In this document: one piece after another, positions 34,668 to 44,307 of the stretch
Numbering within the stretch: the first letter of the stretch is position 1
Layout of the letters: each line of letters begins with the position of its first letter
Virus record (IMG/VR): IMGVR_UViG_2585427763_000004
Strand: one strand, 5' to 3'
DNA length: 47,112 nt
Origin: a virus
Lineage: Duplodnaviria > Heunggongvirae > Uroviricota > Caudoviricetes
Made by a program: the position numbers and the translations under genes
The notes under the pieces: model-generated
The model's database searches: none
What the model saw: the letters and a program-made list of their open reading frames with translations, nothing else
Told to the model about the DNA's origin: nothing

Positions 34668-37221
34668 TCTTGTTATTGACCTTAGTCTGGATGCTGTCCG
34701 TTTCGATGAGCAGATGAGCCGGGTAAGGCGTCATTTTTCAGGTCTGGATACCGACGCCAGAAAAACCGCCAGTGCTGTTGAACAGGGCCTGAGCCGCCAG
34801 GCGCTGGCTGCACAAAAAGCCGGGATTTCCGTCGGGCAGTATAAAGCGGCCATGCGAACCCTGCCCGCACAGTTTACGGATATCGCCACGCAGCTTGCCG
34901 GTGGTCAGAATCCCTGGTTGATCCTGCTGCAACAGGGCGGTCAGGTGAAGGACTCCTTCGGCGGGATGATCCCCATGTTCAGGGGGCTTGCCGGTGCGAT
35001 CACCCTGCCGATGGTCGGGGTCACCTCGCTGGTGGTGGCGACAGGTGCGCTGGCGTACGCCTGGTACCAGGGCGACGCCACGCTTTCAGAATTTAATAAA
35101 ACGCTGGTCCTTTCCGGCAATCAGGCCGGACTGACTGCCGATCGTATGCTGACGCTCTCAAGAGCCGGGCAGGCAGCAGGGCTGACGTTTAACCAGGCGA
35201 GAGAGTCACTGGCAGCCCTGGTGAATGCCGGTGTGCGTGGTGGTGAACAGTTTGATGCCATTAACCAGAGTGTCGCGCGTTTTGCGTCTGCATCCGGTGT
35301 GGAGGTGGATAAAGTCGCTGAAGCCTTCGGGAAGCTGACCACTGACCCGACGTCGGGACTGATGGCGATGGCGCGCCAGTTCCGTAACGTGACGGCAGAG
35401 CAGATTGCGTATGTTGCACAACTGCAGCGTTCCGGAGACGAGGCCGGGGCCTTACAGGCGGCGAACGATATCGCCACGAAAGGCTTTGATGAGCAGACCC
35501 GTCGCCTGAAAGAAAACATGGGAACACTGGAGACCTGGGCGGATAAAACAGGGAAGGCATTCAAATCGATGTGGGATGCCATTCTGGATATCGGTCGTCC
35601 GGAATCCTCAGCGGATATGCTCGCCAGTGCACAGAAGGCATTTGATGAGGCGGATAAAAAATGGCAGTGGTACCAGAGTCGGAGCCAGCGCCGCGGTAAA
35701 ACCTCCTCTTTCCGGGCCAACCTTCAGGGCGCATGGGATGACCGGGAAAATGCCCGTCTGGGTCTGGCAGCGGCAACGCTGCAGTCGGATATGGAAAAAG
35801 CCGGTGAACTGGCGGCAAGGGACAGGGCTGAGCGTGAGTCGTCACAGCTGAAGTATACCGGAGAGGCGCAGAAGGCGTATGAGCGCCTGCTGACGCCACT
35901 GGAGAAATATACCGCCCGGCAGGAAGAGCTGAATAAGGCCCTGAAAGACGGGAAAATCCTGCAGGCGGATTACAACACGCTGATGGCGTCGGCAAAAAAG
36001 GATTATGAGTCGACGCAGAAAAAGCCGTCCGGTGTGAAGGTGTCTGCCGGTGAGCGCCAGGAAGACCAGGCGCATGCAGCCCTGCTGGCGCTTGAAACTG
36101 AGCTCAGGACGCTGGAGAAGCACAGCGGTGCGAATGAAAAAATCAGCCAGCAGCGCCGTGATTTATGGAAAGCGGAAAATCAGTATGTGGTCCTGAAAGA
36201 GGCCGCCACGAAACGGCAGTTATCTGAGCAGGAAAAATCCCTGCTGGCTCATGAGAAAGAGACGCTGGAGTACAAACGCCAGCTGGCTGAGCTGGGAGAC
36301 AAGATTGAACACCAGAAGCGGCTGAATGAGCTGGCACAGCAGGCGGCGCGGTTTGAACAGCAGCAAAGCGCGAAGCAGGCGGCAATCAGCGCAAAAGCCC
36401 GCGGCCTCACCGACCGTCAGGCGCAGCGGGAGTCGGAAGAGCAGCGCCTTCGTGAGGTGTACGGTGATAATCCGGCTGCGCTGGCGAAGGCCACATCTGC
36501 ACTGAAGAACACCTGGTCTGCGGAGGAGCAGCTTCGTGGAAGCTGGATGGCCGGGATGAAGTCCGGCTGGGGAGAGTGGGCGGAAAGTGCGACGGACAGT
36601 TTTTCGCAGGTTAAAAGTGTGGCCACGCAGACCTTTGACGGTATTGCACAGAATATGGCGGCGATGCTGACCGGCAGCGAACAGAACTGGCGCAGCTTCA
36701 CCCGTTCCGTGCTGTCCATGATGACAGAAATTCTGCTTAAGCAGGCAATGGTGGGGATTGTCGGGAGTATCGGCAGCGCCATTGGCGGGGCTGTTGGTGG
36801 CGGCGCATCCGCGTCAGGCGGTACAGCCATTCAGGCCGCTGCGGCGAAATTCCATTTTGCAACCGGAGGATTTACGGGAACCGGCGGCAAATATGAGCCA
36901 GCGGGGATTGTTCACCGTGGTGAATTTGTCTTCACGAAGGAGGCAACCAGCCGGATTGGCGTGGGAAATCTCTACCGGCTGATGCGCGGCTATGCCACCG
37001 GCGGTTATGTCGGTACACAGGGCAGCATGGCGGACAGCCGGTCGCAGGCGTCCGGGACGTTTGAGCAGAATAACCATGTGGTGATTAACAACGACGGCAC
37101 GAACGGTCAGATAGGGCCACAGGCACTGAAGGCTGTTTATGACGTAGCCCGTAAGGCGGCAATGGATGTTGTGACCGGGCAGATGCGCGATGGTGGTCTG
37201 TTCTCCGGAGGTGGACGATGA
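34648..37221 (+). CDS. H: Tail tape measure protein gpH
   Basis: 857-aa ORF. Size and position match lambda H (853 aa). Coiled-coil-rich centre, Gly-rich C-terminal region. Confidence 0.95.
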   Translation: MSQPVGDLVIDLSLDAVRFDEQMSRVRRHFSGLDTDARKTASAVEQGLSRQALAAQKAGISVGQYKAAMRTLPAQFTDIATQLAGGQNPWLILLQQGGQVKDSFGGMIPMFRGLAGAITLPMVGVTSLVVATGALAYAWYQGDATLSEFNKTLVLSGNQAGLTADRMLTLSRAGQAAGLTFNQARESLAALVNAGVRGGEQFDAINQSVARFASASGVEVDKVAEAFGKLTTDPTSGLMAMARQFRNVTAEQIAYVAQLQRSGDEAGALQAANDIATKGFDEQTRRLKENMGTLETWADKTGKAFKSMWDAILDIGRPESSADMLASAQKAFDEADKKWQWYQSRSQRRGKTSSFRANLQGAWDDRENARLGLAAATLQSDMEKAGELAARDRAERESSQLKYTGEAQKAYERLLTPLEKYTARQEELNKALKDGKILQADYNTLMASAKKDYESTQKKPSGVKVSAGERQEDQAHAALLALETELRTLEKHSGANEKISQQRRDLWKAENQYVVLKEAATKRQLSEQEKSLLAHEKETLEYKRQLAELGDKIEHQKRLNELAQQAARFEQQQSAKQAAISAKARGLTDRQAQRESEEQRLREVYGDNPAALAKATSALKNTWSAEEQLRGSWMAGMKSGWGEWAESATDSFSQVKSVATQTFDGIAQNMAAMLTGSEQNWRSFTRSVLSMMTEILLKQAMVGIVGSIGSAIGGAVGGGASASGGTAIQAAAAKFHFATGGFTGTGGKYEPAGIVHRGEFVFTKEATSRIGVGNLYRLMRGYATGGYVGTQGSMADSRSQASGTFEQNNHVVINNDGTNGQIGPQALKAVYDVARKAAMDVVTGQMRDGGLFSGGGR

Positions 37222-37547
37222 AGACCTTCCGCTGGAAAGTGAAACCCGGTATGGATGTGGCTTCGGCCCCTTCCGTAAGAAAGGTGCGCTTTGGTGATGG
37301 CTATTCCCAGCGTGCGCCTGCCGGGCTGAACGCTGACCTGAAAACGTACAGCGTGACGCTTTCTGTCTCCCGCGAGGAGGCCACGGCACTTGAGTCGTTT
37401 CTGGCTGAGCACGGGGGCTGGAAATCCTTTCTGTGGACGCCGCCTTATGAGTGGCGGCAGATAAAGGTGACCTGCGCAAAATGGTCGTCGCGGGTCAGTA
37501 TGCTGCGTGTTGAGTTCAGCGCAGAGTTTGAACAGGTGGTGAACTGA
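37218..37547 (+). CDS. M: Minor tail protein gpM
   Basis: 109-aa ORF overlapping the H stop. Position and size match lambda M. Confidence 0.9.
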   Translation: MKTFRWKVKPGMDVASAPSVRKVRFGDGYSQRAPAGLNADLKTYSVTLSVSREEATALESFLAEHGGWKSFLWTPPYEWRQIKVTCAKWSSRVSMLRVEFSAEFEQVVN

Positions 37548-38245
37548 TGCAGGATATCCAACAGGAAACACTGAATGAATGCACCCGTGCGGAGCAGTCG
37601 GCCAGCGTGGTGCTCTGGGAAATCGATCTGACAGAGGTCGGTGGAGAACGTTATTTTTTCTGTAATGAGCAGAACGAAAAAGGTGAGCCGGTCACCTGGC
37701 AGGGGCGACAGTATCAGCCGTATCCCATTCAGGGGAGTGGTTTTGAACTGAATGGCAAAGGCACCAGTACGCGCCCCACGCTGACGGTTTCTAACCTGTA
37801 CGGTATGGTCACCGGGATGGCGGAAGATCTGCAGAGTCTGGTCGGCGGAACGGTGGTCCGGCGTAAGGTCTACGCCCGTTTTCTGGATGCGGTGAACTTC
37901 GTCAACGGAAACCGTGACGCCGATCCGGAGCAGGAGGTGATCAGCCGCTGGCGCATCGAGCAGTGCAGCGAACTGAGCGCAGTCAGTGCCTCTTTTGTAC
38001 TGTCCACGCCGACGGAAACGGATGGCGCTGTTTTTCCGGGACGTATCATGCTGGCCAACACCTGCACCTGGACCTATCGCGGCGATGAGTGCGGTTATAG
38101 CGGTCCGGCGGTCGCGGATGAATATGATCAGCCGACGTCCGATATCACGAAGGATAAATGCAGCAAATGCCTGAGCGGCTGTAAGTTTCGCAATAACGTC
38201 GGCAACTTTGGCGGCTTCCTTTCCATTAACAAACTTTCGCAGTAA
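37547..38245 (+). CDS. L: Minor tail protein gpL
   Basis: 232-aa ORF. C-terminal cysteine cluster (CSKCLSGC) as in lambda L. Confidence 0.9.
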   Translation: MQDIQQETLNECTRAEQSASVVLWEIDLTEVGGERYFFCNEQNEKGEPVTWQGRQYQPYPIQGSGFELNGKGTSTRPTLTVSNLYGMVTGMAEDLQSLVGGTVVRRKVYARFLDAVNFVNGNRDADPEQEVISRWRIEQCSELSAVSASFVLSTPTETDGAVFPGRIMLANTCTWTYRGDECGYSGPAVADEYDQPTSDITKDKCSKCLSGCKFRNNVGNFGGFLSINKLSQ

Positions 38246-38249
38246 TCCC

Positions 38250-38993
38250 ATGACAGAGACAGAATCAGCGATTCTGGCGCACGCCCGGCGATGTGCGCCA
38301 GCGGAGTCGTGCGGCTTCGTGGTGAGAGCGCCGGAGAGGGAAAGATATTTCCCCTGCGTGAATATCTCCGGTGAGCCGGAGGCGTATTTCCGTATGTCGC
38401 CGGAAGACTGGCTGCAGGCAGAAATGCAGGGTGAGATTGTGGCGCTGGTCCACAGCCACCCCGGTGGTCTGCCCTGGCTGAGTGAGGCCGACCGGCGGCT
38501 GCAGGTGCAGAGCGATTTGCCGTGGTGGCTGGTCTGCCGGGGGGCGATTCACAAGTTCCGCTGTGTGCCGCATCTCACCGGGCGGCGCTTTGAGTACGGG
38601 GTGACGGACTGTTACACACTGTTCCGGGATGCTTACCATCTGGCGGGGATTGAGATGCCGGATTTTCATCGCGGGGATGACTGGTGGCGTCACGGTCAGA
38701 ATCTCTATCTTGACAATATGGAAGCTACTGGTTTTTACCGTGTCGCACTGACAGAGGCGCAGCCGGGCGATGTGCTGCTGTGCTGTTTTGGTTCATCGGT
38801 GCCGAATCACGCCGCCATTTACTGCGGCGACGGTGAGCTGCTGCACCATATTCCTGAACAACTGAGTAAACGAGAGAGGTATACCGACAAATGGCAGCGA
38901 CGCACACACTCCCTCTGGCGTCACCGGGAATGGCACGCATCTGCCTTTACGGGGATTTGCAACGATTTGGCCGCCGCATCGACCTTCGTGTGA
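38250..38993 (+). CDS. K: Tail assembly protein gpK (JAB/MPN + NlpC/P60-like)
   Basis: Track ORF 38208..38993; start at MTETESAIL (38250) matches the lambda K N-terminus. HSHPGG (JAB-type) motif present. Confidence 0.9.
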   Translation: MTETESAILAHARRCAPAESCGFVVRAPERERYFPCVNISGEPEAYFRMSPEDWLQAEMQGEIVALVHSHPGGLPWLSEADRRLQVQSDLPWWLVCRGAIHKFRCVPHLTGRRFEYGVTDCYTLFRDAYHLAGIEMPDFHRGDDWWRHGQNLYLDNMEATGFYRVALTEAQPGDVLLCCFGSSVPNHAAIYCGDGELLHHIPEQLSKRERYTDKWQRRTHSLWRHREWHASAFTGICNDLAAASTFV

Positions 38994-39532
38994 AAACGGG
39001 GGCTGAAGCCATCCGGGCACTGGCCACACAGCTCCCGGCGTTTCGTCAGAAACTGAGCGATGGCTGGTATCAGGTACGGATTGCCGGGCGGGATGCAGGA
39101 GAAACCGAATTATCATCCCGTCTTAATGAGCCGCTGGCAAATGGTGCCGTGATCCACATCGTGCCGCGTCTTGCGGGAGCAAAAAGTGGCGGTGTGTTTC
39201 AGGCGGTGCTGGGTGCGGCGTTGATTGCTACGGCAATCTGGATGCCGGGGATCAGTATCGCTTTCAGTGACATTCTCTTTTCAATGGGTGCGGCGATGAC
39301 GCTTGGTGGTGTGGCGCAGATGCTGGCACCGAAAGCCAGAACTCCCCGTACACAGACAACGGATAACGGCAAACAGAACACCTATTTCTCCTCACTGGAT
39401 AACATGGTTGCCCAGGGCAATGTCCTGCCTGTTCTGTACGGTGAAATGCGCGTGGGGTCACGTGTGGCATCTCAGGAGATCAGCACGGCAGATGAAGGGG
39501 ATGGTGGTCAGGTTGTGGTAATTGGGCGGTAA
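38891..39532 (+). CDS. I: Tail assembly protein gpI
   Basis: 213-aa ORF. N- and C-terminal regions near-identical to lambda I as recalled (MAATHTLPLASPGMARICLYGDLQRFGRRIDL ... TDNGKQNTYFSSLDNMVAQGNVLPVLYGEMRVGSRV). Overlaps the K 3' end as in lambda. Confidence 0.9.
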   Translation: MAATHTLPLASPGMARICLYGDLQRFGRRIDLRVKTGAEAIRALATQLPAFRQKLSDGWYQVRIAGRDAGETELSSRLNEPLANGAVIHIVPRLAGAKSGGVFQAVLGAALIATAIWMPGISIAFSDILFSMGAAMTLGGVAQMLAPKARTPRTQTTDNGKQNTYFSSLDNMVAQGNVLPVLYGEMRVGSRVASQEISTADEGDGGQVVVIGR

Positions 39533-39604
39533 TATTATTTACTCATGTTCTAACTGATTTAATATTTATATCGAACACTGATAATTATTCTATTGGTTAG
39601 CTAT

Positions 39605-39943
39605 ATGAACAAAACGATTTTATTCTGCACGATTATTGCCTTAACAGGATGTAAATCTTTGGATTACGTAAAATCCGGAAAACCTGTAATGGAAGGTAAT
39701 TCATTAAAAAATATTGATGAATTGTCAGGCTGCATATCCAGACAATGGGCTGGTAATGGAACACCTATAACATCCCTTCCTATTGAGAATGGGGTAAGCC
39801 TTTTAGTTCCACAGGCTATGGGGGGATATGATGTTGTGCTTGATATCAAAAAAGCAGGAAATGGCAGTAGTTTTACTCTTTATGAACGTGTACCAGCATT
39901 AACGCCAAAAATTTTTGCTGATAGTGTTAATGCATGTAAATAA
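39605..39943 (+). CDS. Lipoprotein of unknown function (moron between I and J)
   Basis: Track ORF 39593..39943; start at MNKTILFCTIIALTGC (39605) gives a signal peptide plus lipobox LTGC. AT-rich codon usage in a GC-rich tail operon. Flanked by an AT-rich upstream region and a terminator. Confidence 0.6.
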   Translation: MNKTILFCTIIALTGCKSLDYVKSGKPVMEGNSLKNIDELSGCISRQWAGNGTPITSLPIENGVSLLVPQAMGGYDVVLDIKKAGNGSSFTLYERVPALTPKIFADSVNACK

Positions 39944-39968
39944 TAGTTAATCCTGCCGTAACTCATGA

Positions 39969-39994
39969 GCCGCCTTTTGGGCGGCTTTGTTGTT
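39969..39994 (+). terminator. Rho-independent terminator after the lipoprotein gene
   Basis: GCCGCCttttGGGCGGC followed by TTTGTTGTTT. Confidence 0.6.
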
Positions 39995-40009
39995 TATGGA
40001 GTGTGAGGA

Positions 40010-43000
40010 ATGGGTAAAGGAAGCAGTAAGGGGCATACCCCGCGCGAAGCGAGGGACAACCTGAAGTCCACGCAGCTGCTGAGTGTGATCGATGCCATCA
40101 GCGAAGGGCCGGTTGAAGGTCCGGTGAATGGGTTAAAAAGCGTGCTGCTGAACAGTACGCCAGTGCTGGACAGTGAGGGGAATACCAATATCTCCGGTGT
40201 CACGGTGGTGTTCCGGGCAGGTGAGCAGGAGCAGACACCGCCGGAGGGATTTGAATCCTCCGGCTCCGAGACGGTGCTGGGTACGGAAGTGAAGTACGAC
40301 ACGCCGATTACCCGGACCATCACGTCTGCAAACATCGACCGTCTGCGCTTTACCTTCGGTGTGCAGGCACTGGTGGAAACCACCTCAAAGGGGGACCGGA
40401 ATCCGTCGGAAGTCCGCCTGCTGGTTCAGATACAGCGTAACGGTGGCTGGGTGACGGAAAAAGACATCACCATTAAAGGCAAAACCACCTCACAGTATCT
40501 GGCCTCGGTGGTGGTGGGTAACCTGCCGCCGCGCCCGTTCAATATCCGGATGCGCAGGATGACGCCGGACAGCACCACAGACCAGCTGCAGAACAAAACG
40601 CTCTGGTCGTCATACACCGAAATCATCGATGTGAAACAGTGCTACCCGAACACGGCACTGGTCGGCGTACAGGTGGATTCGGAGCAGTTCGGCAGCCAGC
40701 AGGTGAGCCGTAATTATCATCTTCGCGGGCGAATTCTGCAGGTGCCGTCGAACTATAACCCGCAGACGCGACAATACAGCGGTATCTGGGACGGAACGTT
40801 AAAACCGGCATACAGCAACAACATGGCCTGGTGTCTGTGGGATATGCTTACCCATCCGCGCTACGGCATGGGGAAACGTCTTGGTGCGGCGGATGTGGAT
40901 AAATGGGCGCTGTATGTCATCGGCCAGAATTGCGACCAGTCGGTGCCGGATGGCTTTGGTGGCACGGAGCCGCGTATCACCTGTAATGCGTACCTGACCA
41001 CGCAGCGCAAGGCGTGGGATGTGCTCAGTGATTTCTGCTCTGCGATGCGCTGTATGCCGGTATGGAACGGGCAGACGCTGACGTTCGTGCAGGACCGACC
41101 GTCGGATAAGGTGTGGACCTATAACCGCAGTAATGTGGTGATGCCGGATGATGGTGCGCCGTTCCGCTACAGCTTCAGCGCCCTGAAGGACCGCCATAAT
41201 GCCGTTGAGGTGAACTGGATTGACCCGAATAACGGCTGGGAGACGGCGACAGAGCTTGTGGAGGACACGCAGGCCATTGCCCGTTACGGTCGTAACGTCA
41301 CGAAGATGGATGCTTTTGGCTGTACCAGCCGGGGGCAGGCACACCGCGCCGGGCTGTGGCTGATTAAAACAGAACTGCTGGAAACGCAGACCGTGGACTT
41401 CAGCGTGGGTGCCGAAGGGCTTCGCCATGTACCGGGCGATGTCATTGAAATCTGCGATGATGACTATGCCGGTATCCGCACCGGCGGGCGCGTGCTGGCG
41501 GTAAACAGCCAGACCCGGACGCTGACGCTCGACCGTGAAATCACGCTGCCATCTTCCGGCACCACGCTGATAAGCCTGGTTGACGGGCAGGGGAGTCCGG
41601 TCAGCGTGGAGGTTCAGTCCGTCACCGACGGCGTGAAGGTGAAAGTGAGCCGTGTTCCTGACGGCGTTGCTGAATACAGCGTATGGGGGCTGAAGCTGCC
41701 GACGTTGCGCCAGCGCCTGTTCCGCTGCGTGAGTATCCGTGAGAACGACGACGGCACGTATGCCATCACCGCCGTGCAGCATGTACCGGAAAAAGAGGCC
41801 ATCGTGGATAACGGGGCGCACTTTGACGGCGACCAGAGCGGCACGGTAAATGGTGTCACGCCGCCAGCGGTGCAGCACCTGACCGCAGAAGTCACCGCAG
41901 ACAGCGGGGAATACCAGGTGCTGGCCCGCTGGGACACGCCGAAGGTGGTGAAGGGCGTGAGCTTCCTGCTTCGCCTGACCGTGGCAGCGGATGACGGCCG
42001 TGAGCGGCTGGTCAGCACGGCCCGGACGACGGAAACCACTTACCGCTTCACACAACTGGCTCTGGGGAACTACAGGCTGACAGTCCGGGCAGTAAATGCG
42101 TGGGGGCAGCAGGGCGATCCGGCGTCGGTATCGTTCCGGATTGCCGCACCGGCAGCGCCGTCGCGGATTGAGCTGACGCCGGGCTATTTTCAGATAACCG
42201 CCACGCCGCATCTTGCGGTTTATGACCCGACGGTACAGTTTGAGTTCTGGTTCTCGGAAAAGCGGATTGCGGATATCAGGCAGATTGAAACCGCAGCCCG
42301 CTATCTTGGCTCGGCGCTGTACTGGATAGCTGCCAGTATCAATATCAAACCGGGCCATGATTATTATTTTTATATCCGCAGTGTGAATACTGTTGGCAAA
42401 TCGGCATTCGTGGAGGCTGTCGGTCGGGCGAGCGATGATGCGGAAGGTTACCTGGATTTTTTCAAAGGCGAGATAGGGAAAACACATCTGGCCCAGGAGC
42501 TGTGGACGCAGATTGATAACGGTCAGCTTGCGCCTGATCTGGCTGAAATCAGGACGTCCATTACGAATGTCAGCAATGAAATCACGCAGACCGTCAATAA
42601 AAAACTGGAAAATCAGAGCGCGGCAATCCAGCAGATACAGAAAGTTCAGGTTGATACAAATAATAACCTGAACAGCATGTGGGCCGTGAAACTGCAGCAG
42701 ATGAAGGACGGACGCCTTTATATTGCGGGTATCGGAGCCGGTATTGAGAATACGCCAGCAGGTATGCAGAGTCAGGTGCTTCTGGCTGCTGACCGGATTG
42801 CGATGATTAATCCTGCGAATGGCAACACAAAGCCGATGTTTGTTGGTCAGGGCGATCAGATATTCATGAACGAAGTGTTCCTGAAATACCTGACGGCTCC
42901 CACCATTACCAGCGGCGGTAATCCTCCTGCATTTTCCCTGACACCGGACGGAAAGCTGACCGCTAAAAATGCAGATATCAGTGGCAGTGTGAATGCGAAC

Positions 43001-43489
43001 GCCGGTACGCTCAACAACGTTACGATAAATGAAAACTGTCAGATTAAAGGGAAACTGTCAGCCAACCAGATTGAAGGCGATATTGTCAAAACAGTGGGTA
43101 AGGCTTTCCCGCGGGACTCCCGGGCACCGGAGCGGTGGCCATCAGGGACCATTACCGTCAGGATTTATGACGATCAGCCGTTTGACCGGCAGATTGTTAT
43201 TCCGGCGGTGGCATTCAGCGGTGCTAAACATGAGAGAGAGCATACTGATATTTACTCCTCATGCCGCCTGATAGTGAAGAAAAATGGTGCTGAAATTTAT
43301 AACCGTACCGCGCTGGATAATACGCTGATTTACAGTGGTGTTATTGATATGCCAGCTGGTCACGGCCACATGACACTGGAGTTTTCGGTGTCAGCATGGC
43401 TGGTAAATAACTGGTATCCCACAGCAAGTATCAGCGATTTGCTGGTTGTGGTGATGAAGAAAGCCACTGCAGGCATCACGATTAGCTGA
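40010..43489 (+). CDS. J: Tail tip / host specificity protein gpJ
   Basis: 1159-aa ORF. Size and position match lambda J (1132 aa). Fibronectin-III-like central repeats. Confidence 0.95.
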   Translation: MGKGSSKGHTPREARDNLKSTQLLSVIDAISEGPVEGPVNGLKSVLLNSTPVLDSEGNTNISGVTVVFRAGEQEQTPPEGFESSGSETVLGTEVKYDTPITRTITSANIDRLRFTFGVQALVETTSKGDRNPSEVRLLVQIQRNGGWVTEKDITIKGKTTSQYLASVVVGNLPPRPFNIRMRRMTPDSTTDQLQNKTLWSSYTEIIDVKQCYPNTALVGVQVDSEQFGSQQVSRNYHLRGRILQVPSNYNPQTRQYSGIWDGTLKPAYSNNMAWCLWDMLTHPRYGMGKRLGAADVDKWALYVIGQNCDQSVPDGFGGTEPRITCNAYLTTQRKAWDVLSDFCSAMRCMPVWNGQTLTFVQDRPSDKVWTYNRSNVVMPDDGAPFRYSFSALKDRHNAVEVNWIDPNNGWETATELVEDTQAIARYGRNVTKMDAFGCTSRGQAHRAGLWLIKTELLETQTVDFSVGAEGLRHVPGDVIEICDDDYAGIRTGGRVLAVNSQTRTLTLDREITLPSSGTTLISLVDGQGSPVSVEVQSVTDGVKVKVSRVPDGVAEYSVWGLKLPTLRQRLFRCVSIRENDDGTYAITAVQHVPEKEAIVDNGAHFDGDQSGTVNGVTPPAVQHLTAEVTADSGEYQVLARWDTPKVVKGVSFLLRLTVAADDGRERLVSTARTTETTYRFTQLALGNYRLTVRAVNAWGQQGDPASVSFRIAAPAAPSRIELTPGYFQITATPHLAVYDPTVQFEFWFSEKRIADIRQIETAARYLGSALYWIAASINIKPGHDYYFYIRSVNTVGKSAFVEAVGRASDDAEGYLDFFKGEIGKTHLAQELWTQIDNGQLAPDLAEIRTSITNVSNEITQTVNKKLENQSAAIQQIQKVQVDTNNNLNSMWAVKLQQMKDGRLYIAGIGAGIENTPAGMQSQVLLAADRIAMINPANGNTKPMFVGQGDQIFMNEVFLKYLTAPTITSGGNPPAFSLTPDGKLTAKNADISGSVNANAGTLNNVTINENCQIKGKLSANQIEGDIVKTVGKAFPRDSRAPERWPSGTITVRIYDDQPFDRQIVIPAVAFSGAKHEREHTDIYSSCRLIVKKNGAEIYNRTALDNTLIYSGVIDMPAGHGHMTLEFSVSAWLVNNWYPTASISDLLVVVMKKATAGITIS

Positions 43490-43556
43490 ATTTTATAACC
43501 CAGATACGGGCGCCAGAAATGGCGCCTTTTTTATTGCAGAAAAGCGAGAGGTAATT

Positions 43557-44156
43557 ATGCGTAAATTATGTGCTGTTATTTTGTCCGCAGTAGTCTGGCA
43601 GGTCGCCGCTGCTACGCCAGCGAGTGCAGCAGAACATCAGTCCACGCTGAGCGCGGGGTATCTCCATGCCTCGACGAACGTTCCCGGTAGTGATGATCTG
43701 AACGGGATTAACGTGAAATACCGTTATGAGTTTACGGACGCGCTGGGGCTGATTACGTCCTTCAGTTATGCCAATGCTGAGGATGAGCAAAAAACGCGCT
43801 ACAGCGATACCCGCTGGCATGAAGATTCCGTGCGTAACCGCTGGTTCAGCGTGATGGCGGGGCCGTCTGTACGCGTGAATGAATGGTTCAGCGCGTATTC
43901 GATGGCGGGTGTGGCTTACAGCCGTGTGTCGACTTTCTCCGGGGATTATCTCCGCGTAACTGACAACAAGGGGAAAACGCACGATGTGCTGACCGGAAGT
44001 GATGACGGTCGCCACAGCAACACGTCTCTGGCGTGGGGGGCTGGCGTGCAGTTTAACCCGACCGAATCCGTGACCATTGACCTTGCTTATGAAGGTTCCG
44101 GTAGTGGCGACTGGCGATCGGATGCATTTATTGTTGGTATCGGATACCGTTTCTGA
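43557..44156 (+). CDS. lom: Outer membrane protein Lom (Ail/Lom family beta-barrel)
   Basis: 199-aa ORF with signal peptide. GINVKYRYE...SVMAGP...AYEGSGSGDWR.D.FIVG.GY.F matches lambda Lom as recalled. Confidence 0.85.
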   Translation: MRKLCAVILSAVVWQVAAATPASAAEHQSTLSAGYLHASTNVPGSDDLNGINVKYRYEFTDALGLITSFSYANAEDEQKTRYSDTRWHEDSVRNRWFSVMAGPSVRVNEWFSAYSMAGVAYSRVSTFSGDYLRVTDNKGKTHDVLTGSDDGRHSNTSLAWGAGVQFNPTESVTIDLAYEGSGSGDWRSDAFIVGIGYRF

Positions 44157-44261
44157 CAACAGACGCCGATTTATCTTCTGTAAATATTGTTATGATACGC
44201 AGGTTCATCCACCTTATGGGGTGAACTGCGTTTGAGGAAACGTAAAGTTACACTGTCCTGA

Positions 44262-44293
44262 AGCCCGTGGCGTCACTGCTGCGGGCTTTTTTT
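44262..44293 (+). terminator. Rho-independent terminator downstream of lom
   Basis: AGCCCG ... CGGGCT followed by TTTTTTT. Confidence 0.5.
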
Positions 44294-44307
44294 ATTGGTG
44301 GAAAAGT

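Noticed and set aside
40799-42487. 562-aa minus-strand ORF inside the J gene
   Set aside because: Entirely antisense to the well-supported 1159-aa J ORF. Arg/Pro/His-rich low-complexity translation; no RBS context.
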